Assembly (NCBI RefSeq): GCF_001447785.1
Contig: NW_015162481.1
Location: 1,350,899-1,414,898 of the forward strand
Reading direction: 5' to 3'
Length of the DNA: 64,000 bases
Source: Gekko japonicus
Lineage: Eukaryota
The notes under the pieces are model-generated. The model worked only from the letters and a program-made list of their open reading frames with translations, ran no database searches and was not told the DNA's origin. Positions 1 to 11,967 of the stretch are shown here, piece after piece. A program made the translations under genes and the position numbers. Within the stretch, counting starts at the first letter, position 1; the number at the start of each line of letters is the position of its first letter.

Positions 1-598
1 TGCTTTAATCTATTTAATCTTGAACAGATTTTAATTTTAATCTATATGAATATTCAGTGTGAAGTCCAGCAAAAGTTAAGCATATTTAGATCATGTTGAT
101 TTTAGTGGAATGACATGCTTAACTCTCTCCCACTGAATGCTTAATTTGGGCGGGTCATACCGTTCCTGTTTAATATTTCAAGCAGGCATTTTATGTTCTT
201 GGTTTCATCAATTTTTTTCTTGTTTCATTGTTGCATATTTCATATGTCATTACTTGCCTCAGTCCCTTGGCATAGGGTGCAACATACATTGAAATAATTG
301 CCTGGAGTCAGAATTGGGTGACTGTTGTACTGCCAGAGGAGCCAGGCAACTAATGCATATCGCACAAATACCTTGGTATTTCTGCTTGTCATTAAGAGAA
401 AGAAGAAATAGGTCTACTTTAATGAAACTCTTGAATACGTGTGGTTTTTTTAAATGAAAACTTAATTGTGAAGTATATTATTTATTTATTAATTCAAAAC
501 ATTTGTGCCCCATCATCCTGTTGGGACAGCCCTTCAAGGTGGCTGTTAGATCTTATAATTTTGTGAATTTCCTGCACTGTACTTATGACCCTGGAGGT

Positions 599-1107
599 CA
601 TAAGAACATAAGAGAAGCCAATGTTGGATCAGGCCAATGGCCCATCCAGTCCAACACTCTGTCACACAGTGGCCAGAAATACCAGGTGCCATCAGGAGGT
701 CCAGCAGTGGGGCCAGGACACTAGAAGCCCTCCCACTGTTGCCCCCCACAAGCACCAAGAATACAGGGCATCATTTGCCCCCTACCGAAAGTTCCTATCT
801 ATACTTGTGGCTAATAACCACTGATGGACCTCTGTTCCATATGTTTATCCAGTTCCCTCTTGAAGCCGTCCATGCTTGTAGCCGCCGCCACCTCCTGTGG
901 CAGTGAATTCCATGTTTTAATCACTCTTTGTGTGAAGAAGGACTTCTTTTTATCCATTCTAACCCAACTGCTCAGCAATTTCATTGAGTGCCCACGAGTT
1001 CTAGTATTGTGAGAAAGGGAGAAAAGTACTTCTTTCTCTACATGCTCTATCCCATGCTGCATAACCTTGTAAACCTTGATCATGTCACCCCTCAGTTGTC
1101 CCTTCCA
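599..1107 (-). mobile_element. CR1 LINE 3' fragment (end of ORF2 + 3'UTR + tail)
   Basis: ORF 811..1356(-) contains LRGDMIKVYK…TRGHSMKL…FFTQRVIKTWNSLPQEV…FKRELD, the typical CR1 RT C-terminus; cataagaacataaga tail repeat. Confidence 0.9.
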
Positions 1108-1197
1108 ACTCTGTGATTCTGTAATATACCTTATATTGTGTATGAATGCAGAGGCAGGCAATGGTAGAACTCCTATGGTTGTCTTTTGCCTTGATAA

Positions 1198-1416
1198 TAG
1201 GGTTGCCAGTCTTAGGATGGGAAATATCTCGATATTTTGGAGGTGGAGGCTGAGGAGGGCAGGGTTTGGGGAGGGGTGGGACTTCAGTGGGGTACAATAC
1301 CCTAGAGTCCACCTTCCAAAGTGGCCATTTTCTCCAGGGGAACGGATCTCTGTCATCAGGAGATCAGTTGTAATAGCAGGAGATCTCCAGCCACCACCTG
1401 GAGGTTGGCGACCCTA
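1198..1416. mobile_element. ~220-bp hAT-type MITE, family A (TIR TAGGGTTGCCA)
   Basis: tagggttgcca…tggcgacccta. Similar copies at about 2537-2740, 3673-3906, 5700-5949, 6058-6610, 10343-10563, 12438-12689, 19959-20030, 26493-26712, 37538-37756, 47140-47367, 55930-56083, 56456-56683 and 56717-58180. Confidence 0.8.
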
Positions 1417-1515
1417 GTTGGAAATGCTGCGTGGTCCCCATAAGTCAGCTGTGACTTGATGGCACTTTCCACCACCGCGTAATTTCCATTTTCCGTGTTT
1501 CTCAAAGGTACTGCT

Positions 1516-1862
1516 CAGGGCCACATTCGGACTTTTGTGGGCTCAACCCCTTCCGCCTTCCTGGGCCCCTCCCGCCATCATAACACCAATATTCAAAATT
1601 ATTTTTGATATAACTTTAAATACTTCATCATTCTGGTGGGGTTTTTTCCTCCTGTTTTAGGCAAAATTTAATAAATGTTCGTGGGCCCTAAACATTTCAT
1701 TATTTTTTTTAATGTGAGAAAAAAATTAAAACTTTTTAACCCTAAAAGTTTATTTTTTCCCCTTCTGATTTTAAAACAAGTTAAAACATTTCCATGGGCC
1801 CCTAAAAGTATCGTGGGCCACAGGCACTGTGCCTACTGTGCCTAGTGGATAAGCCGGCCCTG
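1516..1862. mobile_element. hAT-like MITE (TIR CAGGGCC…GGCCCTG)
   Basis: terminal inverted repeats and subterminal gggccc(c) repeats; TSD degenerate. Confidence 0.55.
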
Positions 1863-3074
1863 GTGCCCCTTCCCTTTACATAGGTTTTTTCAGGTGTTTG
1901 CCTGGATGGAAATAACAGCTGTGAACTCCTCCCTGGCGCACCAGAGCGGATGTTTCCTTTTTAAAAACACAGCTCTGTATCTCTGTTACCACTGAATGAC
2001 ACAGAGTCAAGAAGTGCAGCCTGTGGATTGGGAAGCGTGGGCTGAGAACTATTCCCATAGTCAACGCAGATATAAAACTCCTCCCCTGGGAGTATAAAAG
2101 GATCTAATCGTTGATGGTATTGAGCTAAAACTTTAAGCCAGCTGCATTTTTGACTGCTATAAAAATCTCAATGGTTTGCTCTATCGATGTCAGCCTACAA
2201 GATAACCTGCGTTCCGCAGAAGTTAAGAGACTCCTCGGGTAATATAAAACCCCATGTTGGCCTCAATCCATTTCCCCCCCTTTTAGATGAAACTTGGATT
2301 TCAACTGATCTGCTGCTCCTGAAATGTAGCTAAAAAACAAGAAAATGTGACGGAACGCAGATATTTGGCATAGAACTGGATATTTTCTCTAGGGTAGCAG
2401 GCATACATGGTCATGCTTAATCCCATTTCTGTCTGTAGGAATAACTGTGCATAACAGGATTTAAAGGCCATTGGGTGCAGCCCAGCAGCAGTTCTTTGAG
2501 GCCCTGCTGTGGCGCTTTAGCACATGGTCAGACCTCGGGTGGCCACCCTTCAGGTAGTACCTGGAGATTTCCTGCTATTACGATTGATCTCCAGATGACC
2601 AAGATCAGTTCCCCTGGAGAAAATGGCTACCTGGAGGGTGGACTCTATGGCATTATACCCTGCTGGGATCCCTCCTGTCCCCAAACCCTGCCCTCCCCTG
2701 GCTCCACCCCCCAAACTCTCCGGGTATTTCTGGCAACCTAAGACGAAATCCCAGCAGAAAAAGCCGTACTTCCCCCCCCCCCCCAAGGTCATCATTGCAG
2801 CAAGCCAATCACTGACAGTCTGTGCAGCCCACGTTGTTCCAGTTCCAGGCTTATGGACCAATGGCACCATCATGGGCTGAAGCACTCTATGGTGGTGGTG
2901 GAAAGTGCCATCAAGTCACAGATGATTTATGGTGACCCCCATAGAGTTTTCCAGGCACGAGATGTATACCATTCGCGGGAAGGGTGGGATATAAATACAA
3001 TGAAATAGAATAAATAAAAAATAATAAACAATACAGGGGTTTTATTGAAATGCACTGAAACAGCACATACCTTC

Positions 3075-3347
3075 CTCAGCTGCGGTGTACTGGTTGTTAA
3101 GAGCGGCGGACTCTAATCTGGGGAGCTTCCCCGTGCCTCCACATGCAGCCAGCTGGGTGACCTTGGGTCAGTCACAGTTCTCTCAGAGCACTCTCAGCCC
3201 CACCTACCTCAAAGGGTGTCTGTTGTGGGAAGAGGAAGGGAAGGCAATTGTAAGCCGCTCCAGACTCCTTCAGGTAGTGAAGGGTGGGGTATAAAACCTA
3301 CTACTACTACTACTACTATTTCCTCCTCCTCCTCCTCCTCCTCCTCC
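3075..3347 (+). mobile_element. tRNA-derived SINE (Squam3-like) with (CTA)n(TCC)n tail
   Basis: similar to the copy at 40607; cagctgggtgaccttgggtcagtcacag core. Confidence 0.7.
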
Positions 3348-3607
3348 GCTTCTCCAAGCCAACTGGTTGGGCCCTGTGGTGTCCATCTTGCCAGTTAAGA
3401 TCTTCTTCTGAAGCCCTTCCATCTGTGCCCCTGCCTGCAAAGGTGAGGTATGTGGTGATCTGATACAGTGCTTTTTTGGTGGTAGCACCTCACCTTTGGA
3501 ATCCCCTCTCTCTTGAGGCTCACCTGGCACCTTACTTACTTTCCTTTAGACTTCAGGTCAGAGCATTGCTCTTTACCCAAGCTTTTAAACGAAGGCATTC
3601 CATTGGG

Positions 3608-4025
3608 GGGAGGGGGAAGCCCAGTGGTAGAGCATCTCTCCCAGGTTCAATTCCTGGCATCTCCAGTTAAAATAGAGTTGCCAGGTCTGGGTTGGGGTAT
3701 ACCTGGAGAGTTTGGGGGTGGAGCCTGGGGAGGGCGGGGTTTGGGAGGGGAGGGACCTCGAGGGGAGGGACTTCAGCAGGGAATAATGCTGGAGAGTCCG
3801 CCCTCCAAAGCAGCCGTTTTCTCCACTGGAGCTGATCTTGGTCACCTGGAGATCAATTGTAATAGCAGAAGATCTCCAGGTACTACCAGGGGGTTATCAA
3901 TCCTAAATTAAAGGATCTTGTAGTGGGTGATGTGGAAGATCCGGAGAGCCCCTTCCAGTCTGAGTAGACAATACTGACTGTGGTGGACCAAGGGTCTGAT
4001 TCTGTATGAGGCAGCCTCATGAATT
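3608..4025 (+). mobile_element. tRNA-derived SINE (Squam2-like) interrupted by family-A MITE 3673-3906
   Basis: A box cagtggtagagc, B box ggttcaattcc; body resumes after the MITE. Related copies at about 18745-18905(-), 32568-32760 and 45175-45430. Confidence 0.65.
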
Positions 4026-5571
4026 CAGGTATGTTTTAAAGCTGTTCTGTGGTCTGCTCCTAGTCTGTGGACGGTTTCATCAACATCTTTTCAGACTTTT
4101 CTGCTTGTTTGATGTATTTTTTATGCTCTGGCTAGTTTTGATTTGCTTGGCTTGTTTTTATGCCATCACACATTCTTATAGACCTTAGTTTTATTGGCTG
4201 GATTTGTTGTATCGCTTTAGTTGTAAGCCACTTCAAGCGGATCTGGAGAGGTGGAGTACACATTCTCTAAATAAATAATAAACGTCTGCTCTCCATCAGG
4301 TTTTGTCAGGTTGGAAGAGTGTCCCTTGAACAGGGGGTGGTCTTACTGATTCTTGGGCAAAAGTAAAAATCCAAGATCAGGCCCCAGGATCAGTGCCAAC
4401 CAACCATTGGCTCCCTTCATCAGGGCTTGCAAGGAGTGACTCTCGCCCTGTACCAGGTCGTCAGGAGCCACCATGCCCCCAGAAGCCAGCTACCCGAGTC
4501 CCAGAGAGGGCAGGTGCAAGCAGCAGCAGAACCTGCTCTTCTTTTCCACTCCCCTTGGGGAGGGGGGCATGAGCAGGGCCCAGAGCAACTATCCCTGTTG
4601 CCCATTGGCTAAGTCCTCCCCTGCCCTTGGCTGTGTCCTGGCTCCCATTCGCTAACATCCTTCCCTCCCCCATCCTTTCCTCCTCCTCTTGTCCCCCTTA
4701 TCCATCCATATAACTTTTCAATGTGTTCTGAATTGGAGAGAGAAACCAAGATCAGAGGTTCCTGCCAGCAATTTGCAAGGGAGTGTGGAAACCCATTGTT
4801 GCTTAATGGAAAATTATGCTTCAGAAGGATGCTGTTCAAAGGCAGAAGAGCATTCTATCCTTTTATCGAAAATGCTTTATGACTGAACCCAAAGAAAGTG
4901 GTAAAGATTTCTTTGCTTTGAACTGCCACAGTAGAATGGATCGAGAAAGTGGTATAACTGCAGCACTGGAGTATAGTTACATCTGGGTTGGCTGGATGTT
5001 TTGATAACACCAGCACATCTGACATTTTTAGAGAGCTGTATAAGGTTACTCTTGGCTGCCTCCAACGTGATTTGATTTCACCCAAATGTACGGCATTCAG
5101 GTTAAATTAACTCCTTGTGATGGTTCCCATACATTCTAAATGTGGTTTAATGTTGCTACTGGCCCATATAGTATAACATGGAGAGAACTGTTTCATTCTT
5201 TTAAAAGGAATTCACAGACATCTATTGTCATGTTAATTTAAATACAATCTAACTTTCTCGGAGGCTATAATAAAAATTGTCTACTCAAGGAGTGCAGGGA
5301 AAATTGTATGATGGAGTGGATCTTACTTTGTACGGGGGAATAGCTTACATTATTGTGGAATGCTCTAGCAAGTAAGTGCACGGTGGTCATTATTTGTAAA
5401 GTTATTTAAGCCGCGATAATCTTCATTGATTTACTTAGCCAGGTATGCATTAAGTAATAGAAAAGTTCATTTCCCTCCCATTCTGTTATAAATAAAGGAT
5501 AGTTTATGAATGTTTTCCCGCTGTTCTGAAAATTGTATCTCTAACTGCAAATGGATGTTTTGTTTTCACAG

Positions 5572-5640
5572 ACATTGCTCTTAGGCATTGTGTTGGCAAT
5601 CGCAGGAAACTTTCTCATCAGCATCTCTTTGAATCTGCAG
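5572..5640 (+). CDS. NIPAL2: NIPAL2 coding exon 2: TLLLGIVLAIAGNFLISISLNLQ
   Basis: ttttcacag acceptor, CAG|gtatga donor, 69 nt, phase 0/0; first TM helix of the NIPA domain. Confidence 0.95.
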
Positions 5641-6246
5641 GTATGAAAATCTCCACTGTTATATCGTAGGCTGTAATGAGAATTACATAGCCAGACTCAG
5701 TAGCCCAGGGAGGGATGCCAGCTTCCAGGTGGGACCTGGGGATCCTCCAGAATTACAGCTTATCTCCAGACTATGGAGATCAATTCTCCTGTAAAAAATG
5801 GATGCTTTGGAGGGTGGGCTCTGTGGCATCGTACCCCACTGGGGTCCCAGTCGTCCCCATCCCCAAATTTCTAGGAGTTTCCCAACCTGGATCTGGCAAC
5901 CCTACCCCCCCATCCCCTGCTGGTGGCCAGGGAAGACCTGGAAACCCTATATTTAATGTCTGTTTACAGTTTATTGATAGATCACAAAAATTATTTATTT
6001 GATTCGTATTTCCCCAAACTTTCATGGAACTCAGGGTGCCAAATGGAGTTTTCCGCACTAGGGTTGCCAACTCTGGGTTAGGGAATTTCTGGAGATTTTG
6101 GGAGTGGAGCTTGGGGACAGCGGGATTTAGGGAAAGGGGGGGACGATGCCATTTTCCACCCTTCAAAGCAGCCATTTTCTCCAAGGGAAGCAGGGATCTC
6201 TGTAGTCTAGAGAGAGTGGTTGTAATCCCCGATCCTCCACATTTCC

Positions 6247-6576
6247 CAGTTAAGGGGAAAATGCTGTTCAAACAAATTACAAAGATGACCTGATTCCAAT
6301 GATAACAAGAGAAAGAAACTTTATTTACAAAAACAGAAACACATCTTACATGACATAGTCATGCAGATACCTTTAACCTATTGTGAACAGAATAACTTCC
6401 AGAAAGGTTAACTTGCTACTGCTCCAGTCCATGGAAGAGAGAGAAAAAAAGACCTATGTAAGATGAAACAGAAGGCTCAACATGAGAGGGCCGACTGCCA
6501 AGTGTGCCCAAGCAGAGAATTCTCTTAGCCCTTCCCCTCCCAGGCCCTCTTGCATGCAGAGTTACAGTAACCAACA
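6247..6576 (-). mobile_element. possible solo LTR inserted in a family-A MITE
   Basis: 330-bp insert flanked by atttcc direct repeats (6241-6246, 6577-6582); minus strand starts TGTTGG and contains AATAAA. Confidence 0.4.
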
Positions 6577-7312
6577 ATTTCCAGTCCCCACTTAGAGGTT
6601 GGCAGCTCTATTCCCTGCCTGCCTTTTATCTTCACACAGCTCTGTGAGGCAGTTTAGATCCTAACTCTGACAACTAAGCCACACTGAACCATCAGTTGCA
6701 CTGTAATGTAATTGGAGTTTTCAGTAATGGTTTCATTTGCATAAAATAGGTTCTTTTCATTTTAATCAATATGAACCACTTTATGACTGCGTTTATTCTT
6801 TTGTTTAATTGGAGTGTATCCAACCACCCATGGGTTCCACAAAATAGGGATTCCCTGCTTCCCTGCTACATCCCACTAAGCCCCCCAAACTTCATTGTCG
6901 AAGTTCTCAGGAATAGCACAGAGGCCTGCAGTGGAAGGGGGAATCGGCAGAAATCGTAACCCACCCCGCTGCAAACGTGTTGTTTATTTACTTCATTTAC
7001 ACTCTACTTTTCTGCTGAATGGGGACTCAAAGCGGCTTGCATTGCTCTCCTCCATTTTATCCTCACAACAACCCTGTGAGGATTTATTTATTTATTTTGG
7101 GGATTCTTATCCCGCCCTACCCCACAAGCAGGCTCAGGGTGGCTCACAACATGTCATCCAACAATAAAACCATACATTAGATTTATTAAAATGATTAAAC
7201 ATGATCAGTAACAGTTAAAAAAATTAATTAACGATTTAAATACCTGCTGGCCACTCTGGATAGTTTCTTATCTCAGTGCTGGCTGAGCTCATGCCGGAGA
7301 GGGCGGAGAGTC

Positions 7313-7518
7313 CAATGTCCCCTCTAAGCTGAGTTAGTGTGAGCCCGCTCACAGTTTTTTAGCCTCCGGCTCACACATTTTTGTCTTGGCTCAGGAAGGA
7401 TGGCTCCAAAGCAAACTGATTGATGCAGCAGCCAAATCGCTCGCTCACAACTTTAATGCCAGTAGCTCACAAATTTGAATTTTTGCTCACAAGACTTCAC
7501 AGCTTAGAGGGAACATTG
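7313..7518 (+). mobile_element. ~207-bp hAT MITE, family B (TIR CA(A/G)TGTTCCCTCTAAGCTG)
   Basis: TIRs; near-identical to five other copies in the window. Confidence 0.85.
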
Positions 7519-7781
7519 GCGGAGACATGCTGTAACTAGAATAGGTCAGTCACCGCTGGTGCCCATGGCGTAAATAGGGCCATGGGTCGCTTGAAGCCGA
7601 AGTTCTTTGACATCCACCACTTCAGCCTGAGGTCTGGCAGAACAGTTCCATTTTGCAGGCCCTACAGAATTGCAGTAAATCCCATAGGGCCCTGATCTCA
7701 ATCGGGAGCATGTTCCACCAGGCTGGGGCCAGGGCTGATAAGGCCCTGGTCTTGGTTGAGGCAAGGCGGGTGTCTTTCAGG

Positions 7782-7989
7782 CAATGTTCCCTCTAAGCTG
7801 TGGAGTCTTGTGAGCAAAAATTCTACTTTCTGAGCTACTGGCATTAAAGTTGTGAGCGAGCGATTGGGCTAACTGCAGAAATTGGTTTGCTCTGGAGCCC
7901 TCCTTCCTGAGCAGAGACAAAAAATGTGTGAGCCGGAGGCTAAAAAGCTGTGAGCTAGCTCACACTGACTCAGCTTAGAGGGAACACTG
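7782..7989 (-). mobile_element. family-B hAT MITE, inverted copy
   Basis: TIRs; 8-bp TSD ctttcagg/ctttcggg. Confidence 0.9.
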
Positions 7990-8297
7990 CTTTCGGGCAG
8001 GGCACTGTTAACTGGCACTGGTCAGAGGAACACAAGGTTCTTCAGGGCACTGAACACATGACTGACACATGGTCTCCCAGCCAGCTTTCATGGCAGACTG
8101 GAGATTCGAACCTGGGTCTCCTAGTTTGACACTCTAACCCCTACACCACACCAGCTCTCAAAATGTTGTTCCAAGGAACTATGTGATTGGATAGGTGTCC
8201 TGGTCATGGATGGCTTTGAAAAACCAGTTTCATTTAACCTTTTCTGCAGACATCATTGTGATTAGACTGCTCGACTGGGAGTGTGGAGACCCAGGTT

Positions 8298-8743
8298 CAG
8301 CCCCATAGCCAGGAACATTTTGGTGGGGGGACACATGGGGGGGCAGACCAGAAGCGACAGGGTGGCTTCCCTTTCCTTCCCCAGGCTTCTCTCTCTCTTT
8401 TTCCTTCCCCAGCCCCCCCTCTGCAGCTGCAGAGAGGCTGGGGAAGGAAAGGGAAGCCACCCTGCTGCTTCTGGTCAGTTTCACTGCTTCTGGTCAGTTT
8501 CACTCCCGCTGATCAGCTGTCAGGTTTAACAGCTGATCCCTGGGGAGTGAAATTGACCAGAAGCTGCAGGGTGGCTTCCCTGGAGGAACCTGAGAGGCTG
8601 TGGAGGGGCAGGGGTAAGGGGTGTGGCGCAGCAAGGGTGGGAGGTCTGGGGGGGGGTCTGGCATCCTCCTGGGGTGGGGCAGGGGTGGGGTTCATCCATG
8701 GTGGGGCTCCACTCCCAAATGCCCCACCATGGCTACTGGCCTG
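8298..8743. mobile_element. hAT MITE with internal palindrome, inserted in the B box of a tRNA-SINE head
   Basis: perfect 8-bp TSD cccaggtt; imperfect TIR cagccccatagcc/ggctactggcctg; removing it restores ggttcgaatacc. Confidence 0.8.
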
Positions 8744-9413
8744 CCCAGGTTCGAATACCCTCTCACCATCATTTCGTGCGTCTGTATGCAGAAGCTGGCC
8801 AGAGCTCTTCAGTCTAGCAACCACTTGCCAAAACTGCCATATGACCAAGAGCCACAAGATGCACTGCATTTCCTCCATCTCTGGGGCTCCCGAGGAGCTC
8901 TGCATACCTCCTCTCTTTCATCCCTATAGCTCACTGTATCTAGACAAAAGGACATGGTGCGCAGAGCAGATTACTGTTGCCATGAGATCAGTGCTCGCAG
9001 TACACTCAAAGGATCTTTCAACCACCAACCCAATGTTACGGCTCTCATGCAGAGGATACTGAAAATTGTTTCGGTACGTCTTCACATGACAAATCTAACA
9101 TTTGAAAGCAGTTTTTTTGTGTAGATCGCCCTAATTGCATTAAGAGTCTCAGTGCCAGCACTCCCTGCATGGAGAAGCCATGGGTCTAGTATATTTTTAT
9201 ACCATCCATTGTTAAGGAGCTGAAGGCAGGCCATGTCCCTTGTTCTCCTCACAACAATTCAGTGAGGTAGGTCAGGCTGAGAAAATGTGACTGGACCAAG
9301 GTCACTCAATGAGCACTGTGACGGGGCATGGATTTGAACCCTGGTCTCCCCAGCTCTCATCCTCCGTTGTAAGCCCAACACTGTCCTGGCTTTCTGCACA
9401 ATTGGGATTAACC

Positions 9414-9835
9414 CAGTATTCCCTCTGAGTTAGTGTGAGCTAGCCCACAGTTTTTTAGCTTCTGGCTCACACATTTTTGTCTTAGCTCAGGAAGGATGGC
9501 TGCAGAGCAAACTAATTTATGCAGCAGCCAAATCGCTCGCTCACAACTTTAATGCCAGGAGCCAGGGGTCATTTGGGGGGGACGCGGGGGGACGCCATCC
9601 CCCCGGGTGAGGTGCGGGAGGGCGGGGCCTGGAGCTCCCTGCTGGTGCCCGCTGGAGGTCGCCGCCGGCTGTGGGGAGGATAGTATGCTCTGCCGGTGAT
9701 GTCAGGGGGTGTGGCATATGCTAATGAGTTATGCTAATGATTCTCCCTAGCTCTTTTTCTACAAAATGACCCCTGCCAGGAGCTCACAAAGTAGAATTTC
9801 TGCTCACAAGACTCCACAGCTTAGAGGGAGCATTG
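9414..9835 (+). mobile_element. family-B MITE interrupted by a family-C MITE
   Basis: sequence colinear with 7313-7518 on both sides of 9563-9775. Confidence 0.85.
9563..9775 (-). mobile_element. hAT MITE family C (TIR CAGGGGTCATTT; tandem ATGCTAAT motifs)
   Basis: perfect TSD ccaggagc (9555-9562, 9776-9783), perfect 12-bp TIR. Confidence 0.9.
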
Positions 9836-10068
9836 GATGCACCCCCACAGAAAACAGCTTTCAAAAATAAACAGCTGCTCTGTGGAATTACAGCTCATAA
9901 GTGTGATTTTTGGAGCATCCATGTGGGAACTGTAACCTAGGAAGTGGTGATGTCAGACCTTAGGGAGAATAGTATTTTTCTTGCTAGTCTAAAAGGGTTG
10001 CGAGACAGACTGTATAAACTTTTGAGCCCGCGGCCAACTTGGGAATTCTGATACAGGGTGGTGGCTCC

Positions 10069-10263
10069 TTCTAAGCTGTGGAGTCTTGTGAGCAAAAATT
10101 CTACTTTGTGAGCTACTGACATTAAAGTTGTGAGCAAACGATTTGGCTGCTGCATAAATTAGTTTGCTCTGGGGCCACCCTTCCTGAGCTAAGACAAAAA
10201 TGTGTGAGCCAGAGGCCAAAAAACTGAGCTAGCTCACACTAACTCAGCTTAGAGGGAACATTA
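10069..10263 (-). mobile_element. family-B MITE, inverted copy
   Basis: reverse complement of 7313-7518. Confidence 0.85.
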
Positions 10264-11795
10264 GTGGTGAGCACAACCACAAAATGGCTGCCGCAGAATA
10301 TGCAACCAGCCACAAAGCATCAGGGAGTGAAGTGATGCATAACTAGGTTTGCCAGCCTTCAGGTGGCACCTAGGGATCTCTCGCTAGTACAATTGATCTC
10401 CAGGTGACAGAGACCAGTTCCCCCGGAGAAAATGGCTGCTTTGGAGTGTGGACTCTATTGCCTTATTCCCTGCTGAGGACCCCTCTCCCCTCCAAACCCC
10501 GCCCTCCCCAGGCTCCACCCCCAAAATCTCCAGGTATTTCCCAATACAGAGATGGCTGCCCTATGCGTGGCTTTGATAGTAACTCTTCAGCATTTCCGGA
10601 AGAAGCTCTATTTAACAAGATGCCTTTTAAAGTTAACATTGTTTGAAAACATCTTCTTGCATACACACAAAATAAGTATGCTAGTTAGAAACTCTCTTTG
10701 GGCAATATCTGTCTTCGTGCTGCAGGCATCTAACATCGCTATCCCTTTTACGTGAGCTGGGGGAAAGTGTTCCCTGCCCCCTCCCACTTTCTGAAAGCGC
10801 TTGGCAGGCTCCAGGAAAGGTGTTGGGGGGGCACCATGACACCAGGGGGCGCCACATTGGGGATCCTTGCTGTATCTAGAGGGCTGAAGGATTACATTTG
10901 GCTTTTTGTGCTTGGAGCCCTTCAAGTTACTGGCTGACTACTTGTTTCTTGCAGCTCAAATCCATACTAAATTTTGTGCGGCGCAACAAAGTGCTTTCTA
11001 AGCGTCAAGTTCAGCTTGTGTGTGGTGGGGACTCAGAGGGCAAAGCATGGGATTCTCTGGGTTAAGTAAAATCAAACTGCCGCTTGGGCAGTATTTTTCC
11101 ACAACAGTTGAACTGCAGGGTAGGAATGTCCCTCTTGTCTTTCATGAGTCATAAGTGTTGTGTGAGCTCCATCATAGTGGATCACTGAAATCCTGGCCCT
11201 GAGCCAGCCAGATCACCCCCTCAACTTTCTGTAGGTGAGCCCTGAAAATCGCTCTGTAGCACTCTAGAGAGGCAAACAAAGAGCCATAATTTAATTTAGG
11301 ACCAGCTGACCAAATAAATAAATTATTCCTCCACTGGTGGTCTCTTCTTTTTGCAGTTCTGTCCTCAAGTGGTTTCCCAGAGCCCCCGCATTTTCAGTTA
11401 CTGAGATAATGATATGGGGGGACGACTCCAAACTACTGGAGCTCCCTGTGTTTGTGGTTTCTTAGACAGTGTGGGAGTTTGCACTAGAGTGCCCTAGTAA
11501 CTCAAAGTTTCTGAAAAGTTCATATTTTGAAAGCGATTCCAAAGGTGCGCATTGCAAACCACCTACACTGTATGCTAACGTGAGCTCATATTGAAGTTTT
11601 TATTTATTTATTATCTCTATAATTTCAGCATTGCATAATCGCAGCCTTATTTCACCTAAGAAGTGCAAAGCTTTTTATCGTATTACAGTCATGCATTATC
11701 TGTTATGTACAGGAATCTCACCGTCTGAAATTTAAAGCTGACAGATCCTTTCTTATGCAGATCTCATTCAGCCTATGCCTTTCATGTCCTTCCAG

Positions 11796-11967
11796 AAATA
11801 TTCTCATGTTCAGCTGGCACGCTTAGCCAATCAGAAGCCCATTTACCGAAGCAAACTCTGGTGGTGCGGAATTATTCTTATGGGGATTGGAGAAATAGGG
11901 AACTTTGCGGCTTATGGATTTGCTGCAGCCATGCTTGTTGCTCCACTGGGAAGTGTGGCTGTCATAG
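11796..11967 (+). CDS. NIPAL2: NIPAL2 coding exon 3: KYSHVQLARL…WWCGIILMGIGEIGNFAAYGFAAAMLVAPLGSVAVI(G)
   Basis: ccttccag acceptor, TAG|gtatga donor, 172 nt; hallmark NIPA motif GExxNFAAY; inside ORF 11775..12227. Confidence 0.97.

Larger units (their letters stand above)
7085..8050 (-). mobile_element. L2-like LINE 3' fragment hosting two MITEs
   Basis: (ttta)n tail plus cccgccct…ggctcagggtggct 3'-end motif, also seen at about 28350, 31240 and 63380. Confidence 0.5.

Noticed and set aside
1-5571. NIPAL2 first coding exon and promoter
   Set aside because: No CpG island and no ATG-containing exon with a phase-0 donor resembling the N-terminus was found. It probably lies upstream of the window, though a divergent short exon could be missed.
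8283-9062. 259-aa ORF (longest gap-free ORF)
   Set aside because: Runs through a GC-rich MITE and a SINE head; low-complexity Gly/Pro sequence with no recognisable domain.
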